The notes under the pieces are model-generated. The model saw nothing but the letters and a program-made list of their open reading frames with translations. It ran no database searches and was not told where the DNA came from. A DNA stretch of 63,193 nt, counting the filler, from Craspedostauros australis (taxonomy: Eukaryota): NCBI GenBank assembly GCA_030167865.1. It is 6 parts of 6 records of this genome, joined end to end, with 100 filler letters (N's around TTAATTAATTAA, not from the genome) between each part and the next. Parts side by side here need not be neighbours in the genome. Positions count along the whole stretch, not along the records: positions 1 to 28,212 come from JALAGF010001274.1; positions 28,313 to 56,529 come from JALAGF010001276.1; 4 more parts are not named here. One strand, given 5' to 3'. The position numbers and the translations under genes were made by a program. Shown in pieces: positions 27,583 through 39,200 of this stretch; positions within the stretch are counted from its first letter, which is position 1; each line of letters opens with the position of its first letter.

Positions 27583-27632
27583 GGTTCTGGCCTTTTCACG
27601 CTTTGCGTGTTTTGTAACCGACCTCTGCATAT

Positions 27633-27710
27633 GCTTATCGTTTAAGGACGTTCATTCCCTTACGGTTTGCAGCTTTTCGTTCAAGGACGTACGTTCCCTT
27701 ACGATTTGCA
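27633..27710 (+). repeat. 39-bp tandem duplication (2 copies, 5 mismatches)
   Basis: gcttatcgtttaaggacgttcattcccttacggtttgca / gcttttcgttcaaggacgtacgttcccttacgatttgca. Confidence 0.9.
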
Positions 27711-27721
27711 GTATCCACATC

Positions 27722-28212
27722 ATGCCTTCCAACACCCCCGCCCATCGCCTCGCTCCATCATCCGCCATGTCCTTCGATGCATCTGACACATGCGCAGGGC
27801 TGCCCGACAGTCTCGTCACCGCTGAGACCATCACGCGCCGCCTCGGATGGATTTGGTTGGCAACGCTGCTCGCAGACATGCAGGTTGAGTGCGACGATGA
27901 GTTCTTTGATCTGCTTGAACTCTCAGAGCACGAGTTCTATGCATGCATGTGCGCGTCACCAGTGGTCACCATCATCCGCATGCGCAATATGTGGAAGCTC
28001 CGCTCGTGGTATCAGGACTTTGGTCAGGGCNCTCATGGCGATTGGATTGATGCCATTGGCATGCTTGATGCACACTCCTTCCGTGCGTATCGCCGGGGCG
28101 AAGACATCATTCCCGCAGCATACATTGGCTCCGTCTTCCATGCACGTACGCCATTGGCATCAACATCATCTTGTCGCAACATCGGCATCAACCATCCTGA
28201 TGATGGCCATTC
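27722..28212 (+). mobile_element. Gag-like ORF N-terminus (diatom copia/CoDi-like), truncated by gap
   Basis: Helical N-terminal domain ...KLRSWYQDF...DWIDAIGMLDAHSFRAYRR resembles diatom copia gag N-termini (from memory); lies downstream of the LTR candidate. Confidence 0.4.
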
Positions 28213-28312
28213 NNNNNNNNNNNNNNNNNNNNNNNNNNNNNNNNNNNNNNNNNNNNTTAATTAATTAANNNNNNNNNNNNNNNNNNNNNNNNNNNNNNNN
28301 NNNNNNNNNNNN

Positions 28313-29828
28313 TGTCCACGTCTGTGAATCCTCCAGAGTATAGTAGGAAGCCGATCTCTTTCACCTCTTCTGCGTCTTGGAGCTGGGCTTTGTACAATCC
28401 CTCATGCTCGTTGTAGTAGTATGGGTTGAGCTCCGCGTTGCGGTCTGCCGTGATGTCGAAGGGATCATCTCTGGTGGTGATGCGGACTTTCGCGTACGTG
28501 ATTCCTGTTGCCCCGGATGGCGCTCGCAATCCTTGAAAGAAGGTTCTGAGGTCCTCCATTCTCTCTGGAATTTGTCCTGAGTGGGCGATGTGGGGACCTG
28601 TGTTGGCCGACTCTCTCCATGGGAGGATCACCGCTGTAGGATCGATTCGTCGGACCTGCCGGAACCATCGCTTGATGCGCTCTCGCACTGCGGCTGTGGT
28701 GTCGTCTTCGGTTCTGTCGACGTTGAGTTTGATTGTGAATCTGGTGGTGTGCTCGTGTCGCGGTGGTGCTATCTTTGCCTGGGATGTGTTGGATTCCTCA
28801 TCTGAGCTGACGGAGTTGTCGTCTGTGGACGGCTTGCGGTTGGCAGGGTTCCGAGGGCCACTTCTGTGTCTGGTCACGCCTGAGTCAGTTGACGAATCGT
28901 TGCTGCTTGTCGTCCCTGAAGATTGCGAGTTGTTCGTGCTGTTCTGGCTGACTCGTGGCATGTCGGTTGTCTGTTTCGGAGATTTGAATCTGGTGCGTTT
29001 GGACGGCTGGCGGCTGGTGTACGACTCGCTGTCTGTGCTGATGGATCCCGTGGTTGTGTCGATTGGCATGGCTGCAAATGCTTGGCTTGTGGACATCCTG
29101 GCTGTGCTCGCTTCCGCGCCTTCCGTCTGGAGTGTGAGGCCTTCCATTGTGTCGATGTGGATGTCGTTGTCTGCGAGAGGTGCTGCTCCCAGATCGTAGT
29201 TGGAGCCCATGAGTCGATTCGCGGCCTTCCATACTTTGACTGCTCTTGCCGTTCGTACCGTGCCGTCGTCGTTGAGATGTACTTTGAATACCTCGTGGGG
29301 ATCGGTGGATGCAACGTTGATGACGAATTGCAGGAGCCTCATTCTTGTGGGGTCTCTGTTGGGCAGCGTGATGGGCCCGAATGATGTGACCCTTCCGTCT
29401 GCGAGATCTCTGAAGAAGTGCTCCCACTGTTTGATGGTCGGGTTTTCGCGGTCGGCCGTCGCCTCATCCTTGTTATACCAGATTGCTCTGGCTCTCCATG
29501 CTGCTTTTGCTGATCTGTCGATGGATCCGTCTCCTGTTGCTCGTGCGAATGGCGTGATGTCGATGCCGGTCTTGTTGGCCGCGGTCTTGAACGTGCTGGA
29601 TCTTGGCTTGTAGGTGATGGACACGTCGTCGGGGTCGTTCTCCTCGGTTCCTCCATCGTAAGGGATGGCTCTTTTTGCTTGTCGTCGGGCGCGATGATGG
29701 TTGCCTGTATCGTCCTCTCTTGGGTTCGCAGGTTTGTCAGGTTCCTTGGTGGGAGGTGGCAAGGTTGGGCCATCTTCTGCCTTCGTCTCTTCGCGGTTGC
29801 TCGTGTTGGGTTCGTCGTTCGAAGTCAT
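28313..29828 (-). mobile_element. Probable ORF1 of a non-LTR retrotransposon (Ambal-like), 3'-truncated by gap
   Basis: Intronless ORF of >500 codons open into the gap. Disordered S/T/D-rich part, then TRFTIKL...RIDPTAVILPW...YAKVRI...LQDAEEVKEIGFLLYS, a pattern recalled from diatom LINE ORF1s. A/C-rich 5' leader. Confidence 0.55.
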
Positions 29829-30653
29829 TTTGCTTTGCTGTTGTTTGTGTTGTGTTAGGGTATTAATTAGTTTTTATTTTTCTTTGGTTTGGTTTGTCGG
29901 AGTTCCGAAACTATAACAGTTCTTTAGACACACAATACAAGCACAATAGAAAATTGCCTGGAGAGGACACTATTTCTGCGAATGCTTGTCCTTGCCTTCC
30001 GACTGCGGTACTAGTATGCTCATGTGTGCTCCTGCAGGCTCCGACATGCGCGCCTGTGGAATATAGTATTATACCATTTGGTAGAATTGCTCATAGGCCA
30101 TTGCCAGTTCGTGAAACGCAATAATGCGCACAGCCGAGAAGCTCCTGATCGCCCCTTCGCCAATTTACCTACGATCTATGACAACCTGAGTCGCTGTCTT
30201 AGTTTCCTCAGTTGCGGCTCATGGCGGCGCCTTTTTGGTCAGTCGACGCTGTCCACGACTACGGGCATGGCGCGACACATGACCAAGGAGGAGTACGGGT
30301 ATGGACATTACGTGCTCGCTCCACCTTTGGCAGCGCTTCGTTGTGGTGCGATCCCGGCCTTTGAAGATCTTTCGGCCAGGGGGCTTTGCTATACCCAGCC
30401 GCATTCCTGTCGCAGCACCGCGAAACCACGCGGCGCCATATTGCTCGGGATGCGGCACGATCAAAGTGCACGGAGTGGAGCAGCGTAGAGTACCAGCTAG
30501 GATAATATATATATTATTTATGTTACAGTCACTGTGGCTGCTGTTGTTGCAGCGGTGGCTGACATTTGTGATAGCGATGCTACGATCAATCCGCGCAATC
30601 CGAATCCCACGCACCGACCATCTCTCCGTTGACGAGTACCTCTCCCTGTCTGC

Positions 30654-33600
30654 TTAGAAAGTTGGAACGTCGTCATCGAAGTAGTCATCCTCCTGCTGAT
30701 TGATTCCCAGGAACTGTCCCAAGCTTGTGCTGATCTTCGTGCTATCGCGTTTGTCGCCAATTTCCATGGCATTCAGACTTGCGGAGGTTGTCAGCTCGGC
30801 GTTGTTGCTGTTGTTCGCGTGGTTGGTTTCATCCTCCATGCTGCTTTGTGTGCTGCTCGTGAATCCAGATGCACCCAGCTGCTCTTGGGCAACGAGTCGC
30901 AGATCGATTGCCGAGAAGAAGCGATCATCACGGGTGGAAACACGGTTCAGCGCCTCGAGGAGGTCGTGGACTGCATCGACATCGTGCAGGTACGTCGCCG
31001 CGGCAGACGGTTTCTTCCCGATGGTGCACGTGAAGACATCCAATTTCGGAGAGACGTACTCGTCGCAAGGCGAAACATCCACGGGGGAGATGGTCGTGGG
31101 CAGAGGTGGCAGAGGGTCTTGGATGCCTGAGAGGTTTCGCTTGTTTTGCTCCACGCGTCGGCCGATCTGTCGCATCACGCTGAGCATGGGCTCGTCGCAA
31201 TGATCATCACCGAGAACCAAGGCGAACTCCACCTTGTTGTGCTGCGCGATCTTCGGGAAGTTGCGAATAACCTTCATCGCCAAAACACCCTTGTTGACGC
31301 CCTTTGGCCGGACCTCCACGTACCCGCCTTCTTCCATGCCACCGTGCAGAATGTCCACGGGGAAGCTACGGAGGTACTTGGAGAGATGGTCCTCCAGCTC
31401 ACGCGCCTGCTGGTATCCGAACTCCAAGTCCGCATCACGGTACTGCCACAGCACCTTCATTTCGGTCTCCTCGATGTAACTGCCATGAGTTCTGGACTTG
31501 TACACCTCCATGATGGTGATGGCCAGCGAACGCCAAGTGGTATCAGTGATCGGTACCAGGGTCTCCCAGTGACGCTTCTTGCTGGCCAGCTTGCGCGTCG
31601 TTGGCCAGGAGATGAACATACCATGCTCTGCGGCTAGGCCCAGCCTTGGGATCTTGCCGAGGGTTGCTGACAGGGAATGTCGTTCTTTGCCGCTGATGAC
31701 GAACACGGTGTTGCGCTTGTCGGCACACAGTTCGGTAATGATCTTGATCATCTCCTCATCCGGCTTCGAATGTTGTCGACGTTCGGTCACAAGCTGGAAT
31801 CGCATGAAGTTGTTCAAGTTGTCGTTGCTCACGATGGTGCCGCCATAGTCCAACAAAATGAGACGGGTGCGAGCATGCTTGTATGACTTGGCCACCGCAT
31901 TGATATCCAACGACGTGAATCCGGTATCCATTCCGAGCAGGCGGTACGCCAATCCGAGGCCCGCTCCTGAATACTTGATGGGGTTGCTGTTCTTCTGCAC
32001 GCCCTTCAGGTCCAACATGACCGCGTGCGCCCAGCGTTGCGTCGTGACACGCACGACGAACTCGGACGCGATCCTAATCCTTCTCAGTCGCTCATCTTCG
32101 TTCATGATCAACGCCGAGTAGAAAGCGTTGGCGATTTCAGAAATCTGAAAGTCGCAACGGCAGTGGTTGCAGAAGTAAACGAAAGCGGAAACAGCAGAAA
32201 ACAGGCATCGTTCGAGTGATTGGGGTGAGGTATGATTGCAAGAGCGGTAGGTAGCGATCAATAACGCCACATGCGCAAGTCCAGACAACGATAAAAAGGC
32301 GCCACATTCGAACGAACGAATGAATCGAGACACCCACGACGATCAAGCAACCGTGTCCACTGAAGCGAAAACAAAACAAAACACGCCGAGCATAGGCGCT
32401 GGACGCAAATGATGACGCGTACCTTCCATGGATTGATGTGCAACGCTCCGCGCATGACTCTTGTGCAGCTGGAGAATTCGGAGAGAATGCAAAGGCCGCG
32501 TTTGCGGCCATCGGGAGGCGATGTGGCAGCATCTTGATGTGCGACGGTGAACTCCAGCGGGATCAGGTTCAATCCATCGCGGATGGGTGTCACGAGAACC
32601 ACGTCTGATGCACGCATAAGCGCCATGCGCTGCTGCAGCCGCATTTCCGATTCTGCGCACTCCTGGAACTGGACCGTGCCCGGCCATGCCTCGTTGATGC
32701 GATTGGCGACATCGGCCGCTTCTTTCTTCGTCTTTTCGTAGTCATCTCCGCGCTCGAATGCCGAAATTCCCACCTGGATGAGAACGATCTTTCCGACCCA
32801 CTCCGGACAGCGTCGAAGCAGGCGTTCGAGACCCAGCATCTTGAGTGGGATTCCCTTCAGGGACTCCAACCGATCAACAGCGCAAAAGATCGTCTTGCCC
32901 GCAAATTGGCTCCGGATGGCCGCCGCCTTGTCGACCGTGATTTGGTGGGTAAGGATTTGATTCAGGACCGGTGGTTCTATGCCCGCATGGATGCTTGTCA
33001 CTGCGACATGACGTCCCTTGTTTTCGATTTTGAGAGTGTGACCTCCCGCGGCATCGGGAATCATGCCGTAGTTGAGCCCCAGCAGACGCCTGCAGCACGT
33101 CAGGAAATGTCGAGCGTACTCGAACAGATGGAAACCGACTTGGTCTGCGTTCAGCATGCCGCGCAGCAGATCCTCGCGGCACCAGAGCGTTCGGAAGATC
33201 TCGGACGACGGGAAGGGCGTGTGGAGGAAGATGCCCACCTTGGCCATGGGGATCTTTCGCGCCAGGTACGAAGGCAGAATCAAGAGGTGGAAACCGTGGA
33301 TCCACACCAAGTCTCCTTCGTTGAAGCACTGGACGACAACTTCGGCGAACTTGCGATTGACAGTGTTGTAGGCTGCCCACATTTCGGCTTCGTTGCCTCG
33401 TCCTCCATGAATCGGTCCTTGTTCGACATCGTCCATCGAGTACTCGGAGAACTGACCGTCTCCTGCATGGCTGCTGCTGTGGTTGTGAACGTTCCTTTGA
33501 TCCACCTGAGAGTCGGTCTCCATCCTCGATGTGTAGATGGATGTCACGTTGTGCATAACAGGCCACAAAACACCCTTGCAGAAGCCATTGTACCTGTGGA

Positions 33601-35490
33601 ACAAGCGCAATGATCACAATAGAGATGCCAGAAACGCAAGAGTTGGGATGTTACGTGTATGTGACAAGCGTGTGAGATCTTTATTGCAATCGGGAGCCGG
33701 CCAAAGCAAGGCTTCATACAAGTTGTACACAGGCGAAGATTCATCAAATCATGCACATGTTGTTCGTGGTTGTATCAGATGAGTGTACGTACATTTGCCC
33801 AAACAGGGATGGCTCGATCCACACGGGAACGCAAGAAAACTGTCGCAGGCATTCTTCGACGAGCGGTTGTTCCCTGACTGGGACACCAGCCTCCGGACTG
33901 CCTTCCTTTCCCGTGTGACCGTGCCATCCACGCCACTTGACGATGCCGACCCTCGTAACTCGGAGGTGCGTTTGCATGCTGAGCAGCATCTCGTAGTCCC
34001 AGTCTGCTTGCCATCTGATGACGGGCGTCCCGTCTTTCGTTTCCACCGACCGGTGGAGGATCACGGGCAGAAATGCGGAGACGACAACCAGACCATCCGT
34101 CGAGTTCAAATGAACTGGTTCGAAGGATCCGTTGCGAGATGAGCGGCCGCCTCCTCCGCCGCCGACACCCGTCGACGAGGCGACAGAGGCAGAGCCTGGA
34201 CCACTTGGGAGCACGCTGCCGGGGGTGGATGGGATTTGCGATTTGGGTGGGATGGCTGCGAAACCCACGGTCTTTTTCTTTTTGGAACCAAGCATGTCAG
34301 TCGCGAGGTTGGTCTTGCTTCCGGTCACGGCCGATGATAGGCTGGTTCTGGAATTGCGAGCAAAGTCGCGAGACGTATGCGAGTGGATGCGGGCCAACGA
34401 GGATGATTCTTGGATTCCACCCGATCGCGGAACTCGGATATGGTCGATGTCCGGGTGCGCAGCGGTGGTGAAGCCCAGCACGTCATTGACCGTGTACGTC
34501 TCCCGGTTGGCCAAGAAACGCAACGGGAGCGAGTGGCATCCCATCGGTGGGCTGGACTGGTCCGTCACCACATGGGACGCTGCGCCCAAGTCATCATTTC
34601 GCGGCACTTCCTCGCTCTGCAAGTCGGCGGGAGTGTCTGACTCGTGTTCCCAACGATGGAACTTGCTCGCACGGTACACAACATAACGGTAGCGATACTT
34701 TGGACCATTGTCGTCGTCGTTGTCACCTCCATCCTTCTTCCCAAACGCGGGTCCTGACGAGAACGCCGCGTTGCCTGGCCTTTGCGAAGCTCTCGGCCTT
34801 GGGTTGAGGTTCAGCGTGAGCGTGTGGAGTGTGTGATACCATGGATATTGCGACGCAGTTGTGTACATGGGTACCAGCTATTATATTGTATTGTATTGTA
34901 CGAGCACGAGTGCATATTGAGAATAGGATAGAGTATGGAATAGAGCATGGAACATGACCCTCGTAAGTATGATAGTGAGCGCAGGAGTTGCAGTACAAGG
35001 TTGCTTTCGAATTCACAACGAATGAGTGGCAGACAAAGCGATGGACGTCGCGAGTGTGTGCGACACGCAGAGAGAAAGAAGACGAATTGCAGCCGATCCA
35101 TCGTCCCTGAGAACCGAATGGAGCGGAGCAAACATAGATCAAAGAACACACCATCCCATCGAATTCAACCACATCGAATCCAGTACAGCCATCAAGCGTT
35201 GCTTGGTGTGTTCTGCGGTTGTGGCAACGGCCACACCCGAGAAGAGAGGGTATGCGATCAAGTCGCTCGTGACTGCGAGTTGCCTCAAATCACGATTCCC
35301 AGCACGACATCAACTGCCTCGTTTGTGCGCCTTCGCAGCGAGTGCTCTGCCTCTTCTCTCTCACCTTGCTCAATCCCTTGTCGTGTTCTTCCACCAAGAA
35401 GACATCCTCCCCATGCCCGAGGGTTTCGCATCGCACACGAAAGTTGACATGCGCGATGCTGCCTCCGGCAGCTCTGCCTGAAGGGTTCAT
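30654..35490 (-). CDS. Trehalose-6-phosphate synthase/phosphatase fusion with N-terminal CBM20-like domain, ~1,290 aa; join(35490..35365,34877..33793,33593..32423,32144..30654)
   Basis: CBM20-like VNFRVRCETLGHGEDVFLV...YPWY...YRYRYVV...RWE. GT20 motifs YNGFCKGVLWPVMH, FLHTPFPSSEIFR, VDRLESLKGIP, RDGLNLIPLEF. HAD motifs LDYGGT, ISGK, AAEHG, EVRPKGVNKG, GDDHCDE. Three phase-consistent introns. Confidence 0.93.
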
Positions 35491-36255
35491 CGTCGTGTCT
35501 CAGATGGTGGTCAATGTCAATGCCAACGTCGGTGATGGTGATTGATGATGATCCGATCAATGTGAGATCCTGGTGCCTCTCGTTGTGTGCTTTCTTGCTG
35601 CCGTCGTTGCCGCTGTTGTTGTTTTTGTGGTGCGCGCCAATTGCGCTGCTGCTGCTTCCACGATCTTTCTTTTCGTTTCTGTCCGTCGAGCGATGACAAC
35701 CGCAACGACACGGCACCCAAATCTCCGATTGGTCAGTTCCCCAAAATTACTGACACCAACATGTCGCAGCAACGTGGATAAACGCGTGTTTGACTTGACA
35801 CCGCCAGACACGAAACTCTGCGTAGCCTTTCATCGAGGCTAGTTACGAGATTCATCGCGATTCTTCGGGTCTGCACCGCAAACAGCACTTGTCAAGTATT
35901 ATAATTTTATATCTGGCGGTATACCAACTCTGTTCTAATCGTCTCCACTTACGGACATATGGACGTGGTGTACTGCAGGCTGTGATTGTACGATCACACA
36001 TGTCATGAGACAAACGTTGGTGAATGGGGAGCAACCATCCACACAACTCTCCTCTTTCTGCGAAACGGATCCAGAAGAGAGATGGAAAAAACGCAAGGGA
36101 TTTCAGATCTCATTCTTCTCGTGTGGTTCAGCTGTTCATTACGTTGCCATACCATGGCATGGCATGGCATTCTGCTCGACATACTCTGCTCTACATATAA
36201 TATATAATATGTGCACCGTGCCGGCCTTGTCGTCCCTTGCCTTGCTTGCTTTTGC

Positions 36256-37647
36256 CTATTCTTGGCCTTCTCTCCTCCATTGCTGGATGATGCGCGCGAC
36301 ATTCTTCACGTAGATGAAGTTGGGCCGTTTGCGTTGCGGGGGCAAGCTCGCCTCCAGTTGCCCCGCCGCAGCCAATTGGGATCGACGCAGCAGGTTGATC
36401 GTCGCGTGAGGAGTCCACCGCACCGCATCGTTCGCCTTGGCGATCTCATCGAACGGCAGAGTTCTCAGTTGCTGCAACGTTCCCTTGCTCGGCACACCAC
36501 CGCTACCGGCTTGATCCGGACTCTCATCGTCGCTGCTGTACCGTTCAATGAAGGATCGCAGCATCGCCGGCGGCAGCGCGTGCCCTGCCAGCATGCTCGC
36601 CTCCGCGCCCATATGTCCTTCGTTCGGCAGCACCAATCGGGAGTCGTAGCTGGGGTGGAACAAGGCCCGCCCCACCAAAGTCTGCGCGCTGGTGGCCTGG
36701 ATGGACGGTTCCACCAGATTGTCAAAGATGCGGCAGAAGTATGCGAAATCATCATCAAATATCTGCGGTGCGATGATCAACGTCGTCGATATCTTCGTTT
36801 CGGGACTTTCCACAACCTCCACGACGCTCTTCCAAAATGCATGCGCCAAGCATGCGGTGGCGAGCCTGCGTGGCTCTACTGTTTGGAAGGACGGCGATCC
36901 GGTTTGATGGATTGCGTGCTGCACGATGATCGGTCCTTCTTCGACGCCCACGGATTCCAACCCCACGGCTGCTCGTTGCAACGATGCTGTGTAGGGGCAG
37001 AGAGCCAGCTTGCACAGCTTCTCCCTCACCCAGATCTCCGTGGCATCGATGGAGGCTTGGATATCATGCTCACAATCTTTCGACTTTTCGGAGACTTCGT
37101 CAATCGCGGTGTCCATACTCCCTGCGAATCTGTTGCTGGAATCATCATCCAAGTCAAATATGATCTCGAGTTTCGTGGATGGCACGTTCGGCCATGAGTC
37201 AAGTTTGATCGCAGAGATGCCGAGTTCATCCTTGCAATTGATCAACGTTTCTTGAAGCGCGTCCAGCTTGGATGCCGAGTCCAATCGCGGGAACCACAGG
37301 ACGACGGGATCTGACGTTGATGCGGCATCGCGTGCTTGCAGCTGCTGCCAGATGGTTTCAAAAACGGCAGCGCCCAAGCGATAATCCGCATCGTCAATCG
37401 AATCCATCCATCTCTGCACGCCCCCCTGCGGTACCGTTGCGCTGCAGTCTTCTCGCAATCGTTGACCTTGGCCAATTGCCAATCGGACGGCTGGTGGGAG
37501 CATCAGCAGTCCGGACAGAACGAACGGCGCCGTCGCGAAACCGAGGCGTCCCAGCATGGCAAGGCTATCGCCGGCAGCGGCCGTGGAAGAAGCATGGCAT
37601 ATCACGAGGACGAGGCTCAGCAGTATTCTTGTGGTAGATCTGGGCAT
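36256..37647 (-). CDS. DUF1415-family protein with N-terminal signal peptide
   Basis: WVREKLCKLALCPYT, ALFHPSY and RWTPHATINLLR match the DUF1415 pattern; hydrophobic N-terminus ILLSLVLVICHA. Confidence 0.75.
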   Translation of the reverse strand: MPRSTTRILLSLVLVICHASSTAAAGDSLAMLGRLGFATAPFVLSGLLMLPPAVRLAIGQGQRLREDCSATVPQGGVQRWMDSIDDADYRLGAAVFETIWQQLQARDAASTSDPVVLWFPRLDSASKLDALQETLINCKDELGISAIKLDSWPNVPSTKLEIIFDLDDDSSNRFAGSMDTAIDEVSEKSKDCEHDIQASIDATEIWVREKLCKLALCPYTASLQRAAVGLESVGVEEGPIIVQHAIHQTGSPSFQTVEPRRLATACLAHAFWKSVVEVVESPETKISTTLIIAPQIFDDDFAYFCRIFDNLVEPSIQATSAQTLVGRALFHPSYDSRLVLPNEGHMGAEASMLAGHALPPAMLRSFIERYSSDDESPDQAGSGGVPSKGTLQQLRTLPFDEIAKANDAVRWTPHATINLLRRSQLAAAGQLEASLPPQRKRPNFIYVKNVARIIQQWRREGQE

Positions 37648-37841
37648 GTTCTGTGCTGCTGTATAGAGTGATGGGTGTGATCATTACTGCACGTGCGCCG
37701 TTGATTGCTGGTCCTTAGTTGTTGGTTGGCAATGTCCAGTCGGGTGGTGGACACGAAACGCGTACTTGTTCTTTGGTTTTGGATCGAGTTGTTGAAGTTG
37801 TGGAAACACGTTCCTCTCTCTCTAGACAACTGACCCAACCT

Positions 37842-37865
37842 AGAGAGAGAGAGAGAGAGAGAGAG
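37842..37865. repeat. (AG)12 microsatellite
   Basis: Direct read. Confidence 0.9.
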
Positions 37866-38075
37866 GAGCGGGTGGTGTCAGATGACTCTGGACTCTCTTT
37901 GGGCAGTAGTAGAACAATACGCTCCAGAGAGGAGTATGACGGAACATGGTAGGGTTTGCGAAGTTCATGCACTCTATGATGTTACACTGTACTATATGTG
38001 TACGTTGAGTCTGCTCTACGATATCTATTGCGTGCTTTATGAAATGATCTTTGAAGAAATTTCGCAGCTTGTGCT

Positions 38076-39200
38076 TCATACGCCAACGACGACGGGTGCC
38101 TGATTCTCCTTGTCCCAGGGCAGATTGCTATCTTCGCTACGTCGGTGCGCTGATTCCATTTCAGTTGATACCGAATGCGTTCCTCTGCGGCTGCTGGCCA
38201 GAACTTCGCGGTTCCACCGGCGATCCGCAAACTGATTCGTTCTGCTCTTGACCCTCAAAGCATCGCATGATCCATTCATCGCATGCCTCCGAGCATGGTG
38301 CGTTGGTTGGAATGGAGCAGCGAATGGCGTATGCGGTCGAAGCGGCTGCGATGATGCCGAGACAGCGCTTGATTTTCGTTGCGTTGCTGCGAGTGTTGCA
38401 TCACGCTTGTGGCTCGACGTATCTCGGTCGCTGCGATCGAATGTTTGGGTGCGATTGTTGCCGGCTGATGGCGTTGAGCAACGTTGCACGTTCTGCGAAC
38501 GTCCTCGCTGCATTGCCAGCTTTGATGCGATCATCCTTCGCCTCATCTCCGGTGCAAAGTCTCGGAGGGATTGGCATACCTTCTCGTACGACTTGCGCTC
38601 ACCGATATCGTACCAGATGTTGCGGGCCTTGTCCTTCTTCATGAACCTGGAACCATCGGATTTGATCATGAACACGATCTTCGTGGCGATCAATGCCTTC
38701 TCAGCTCTTCTCGCATGGATGTACTGCACCTGGTGCTGCTTGATCAACGATCGGAAGGCTTCGTTACCGGGGTGATACTGGGTGTTCGTACCTCTGCCAC
38801 ACACGATGTCAATGTCTCGCAAGACGCCAACGGAGGTTTCTGTGACGGTTTCCGATCCATGAACTTGCGAGTCTTGAGACGTCGTGGAAGATGTGATGGA
38901 TGCCGCTGCTGGGTGCTCTGATGCTTCGATCTTCACAGGAATCAAAGTGGATTGAGCCGATGGCTGTTCCACCTTCGACAGCTTTGTCGGCGATACATGA
39001 TTCTGTCGTCCGACTTGCTGACTATTCGATTTTGCACTTGGCTGAGGCGATGGGTAGGGGCGTGACAAGATGATCCGTTGCTTCTGCTTGCTCGCGCCAC
39101 TGTTTGCAAAAGCATGGCGGGGTGGGAGGAAGGCGCTGCTCCAATCGCTGTGTTCGGATGGGCATGCGGTGTGATTCATGGTTGTTGATATCATCGTCAT
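38076..39200 (-). CDS. DUF6824 domain protein
   Basis: DIVCGRG...HPGNEAFRSLI...Y..ARRAEKALIATKIV...GSRFMKKD...WYDIGERKSYEKVCQSLRD. Start is inferred. Confidence 0.88.
   Translation of the reverse strand: MTMISTTMNHTACPSEHSDWSSAFLPPRHAFANSGASKQKQRIILSRPYPSPQPSAKSNSQQVGRQNHVSPTKLSKVEQPSAQSTLIPVKIEASEHPAAASITSSTTSQDSQVHGSETVTETSVGVLRDIDIVCGRGTNTQYHPGNEAFRSLIKQHQVQYIHARRAEKALIATKIVFMIKSDGSRFMKKDKARNIWYDIGERKSYEKVCQSLRDFAPEMRRRMIASKLAMQRGRSQNVQRCSTPSAGNNRTQTFDRSDRDTSSHKRDATLAATQRKSSAVSASSQPLRPHTPFAAPFQPTHHARRHAMNGSCDALRVKSRTNQFADRRWNREVLASSRRGTHSVSTEMESAHRRSEDSNLPWDKENQAPVVVGV

Noticed and set aside
35847..35854. Single TGAATCTC (PSR-like) site upstream of TPS
   Set aside because: One site is within chance expectation.
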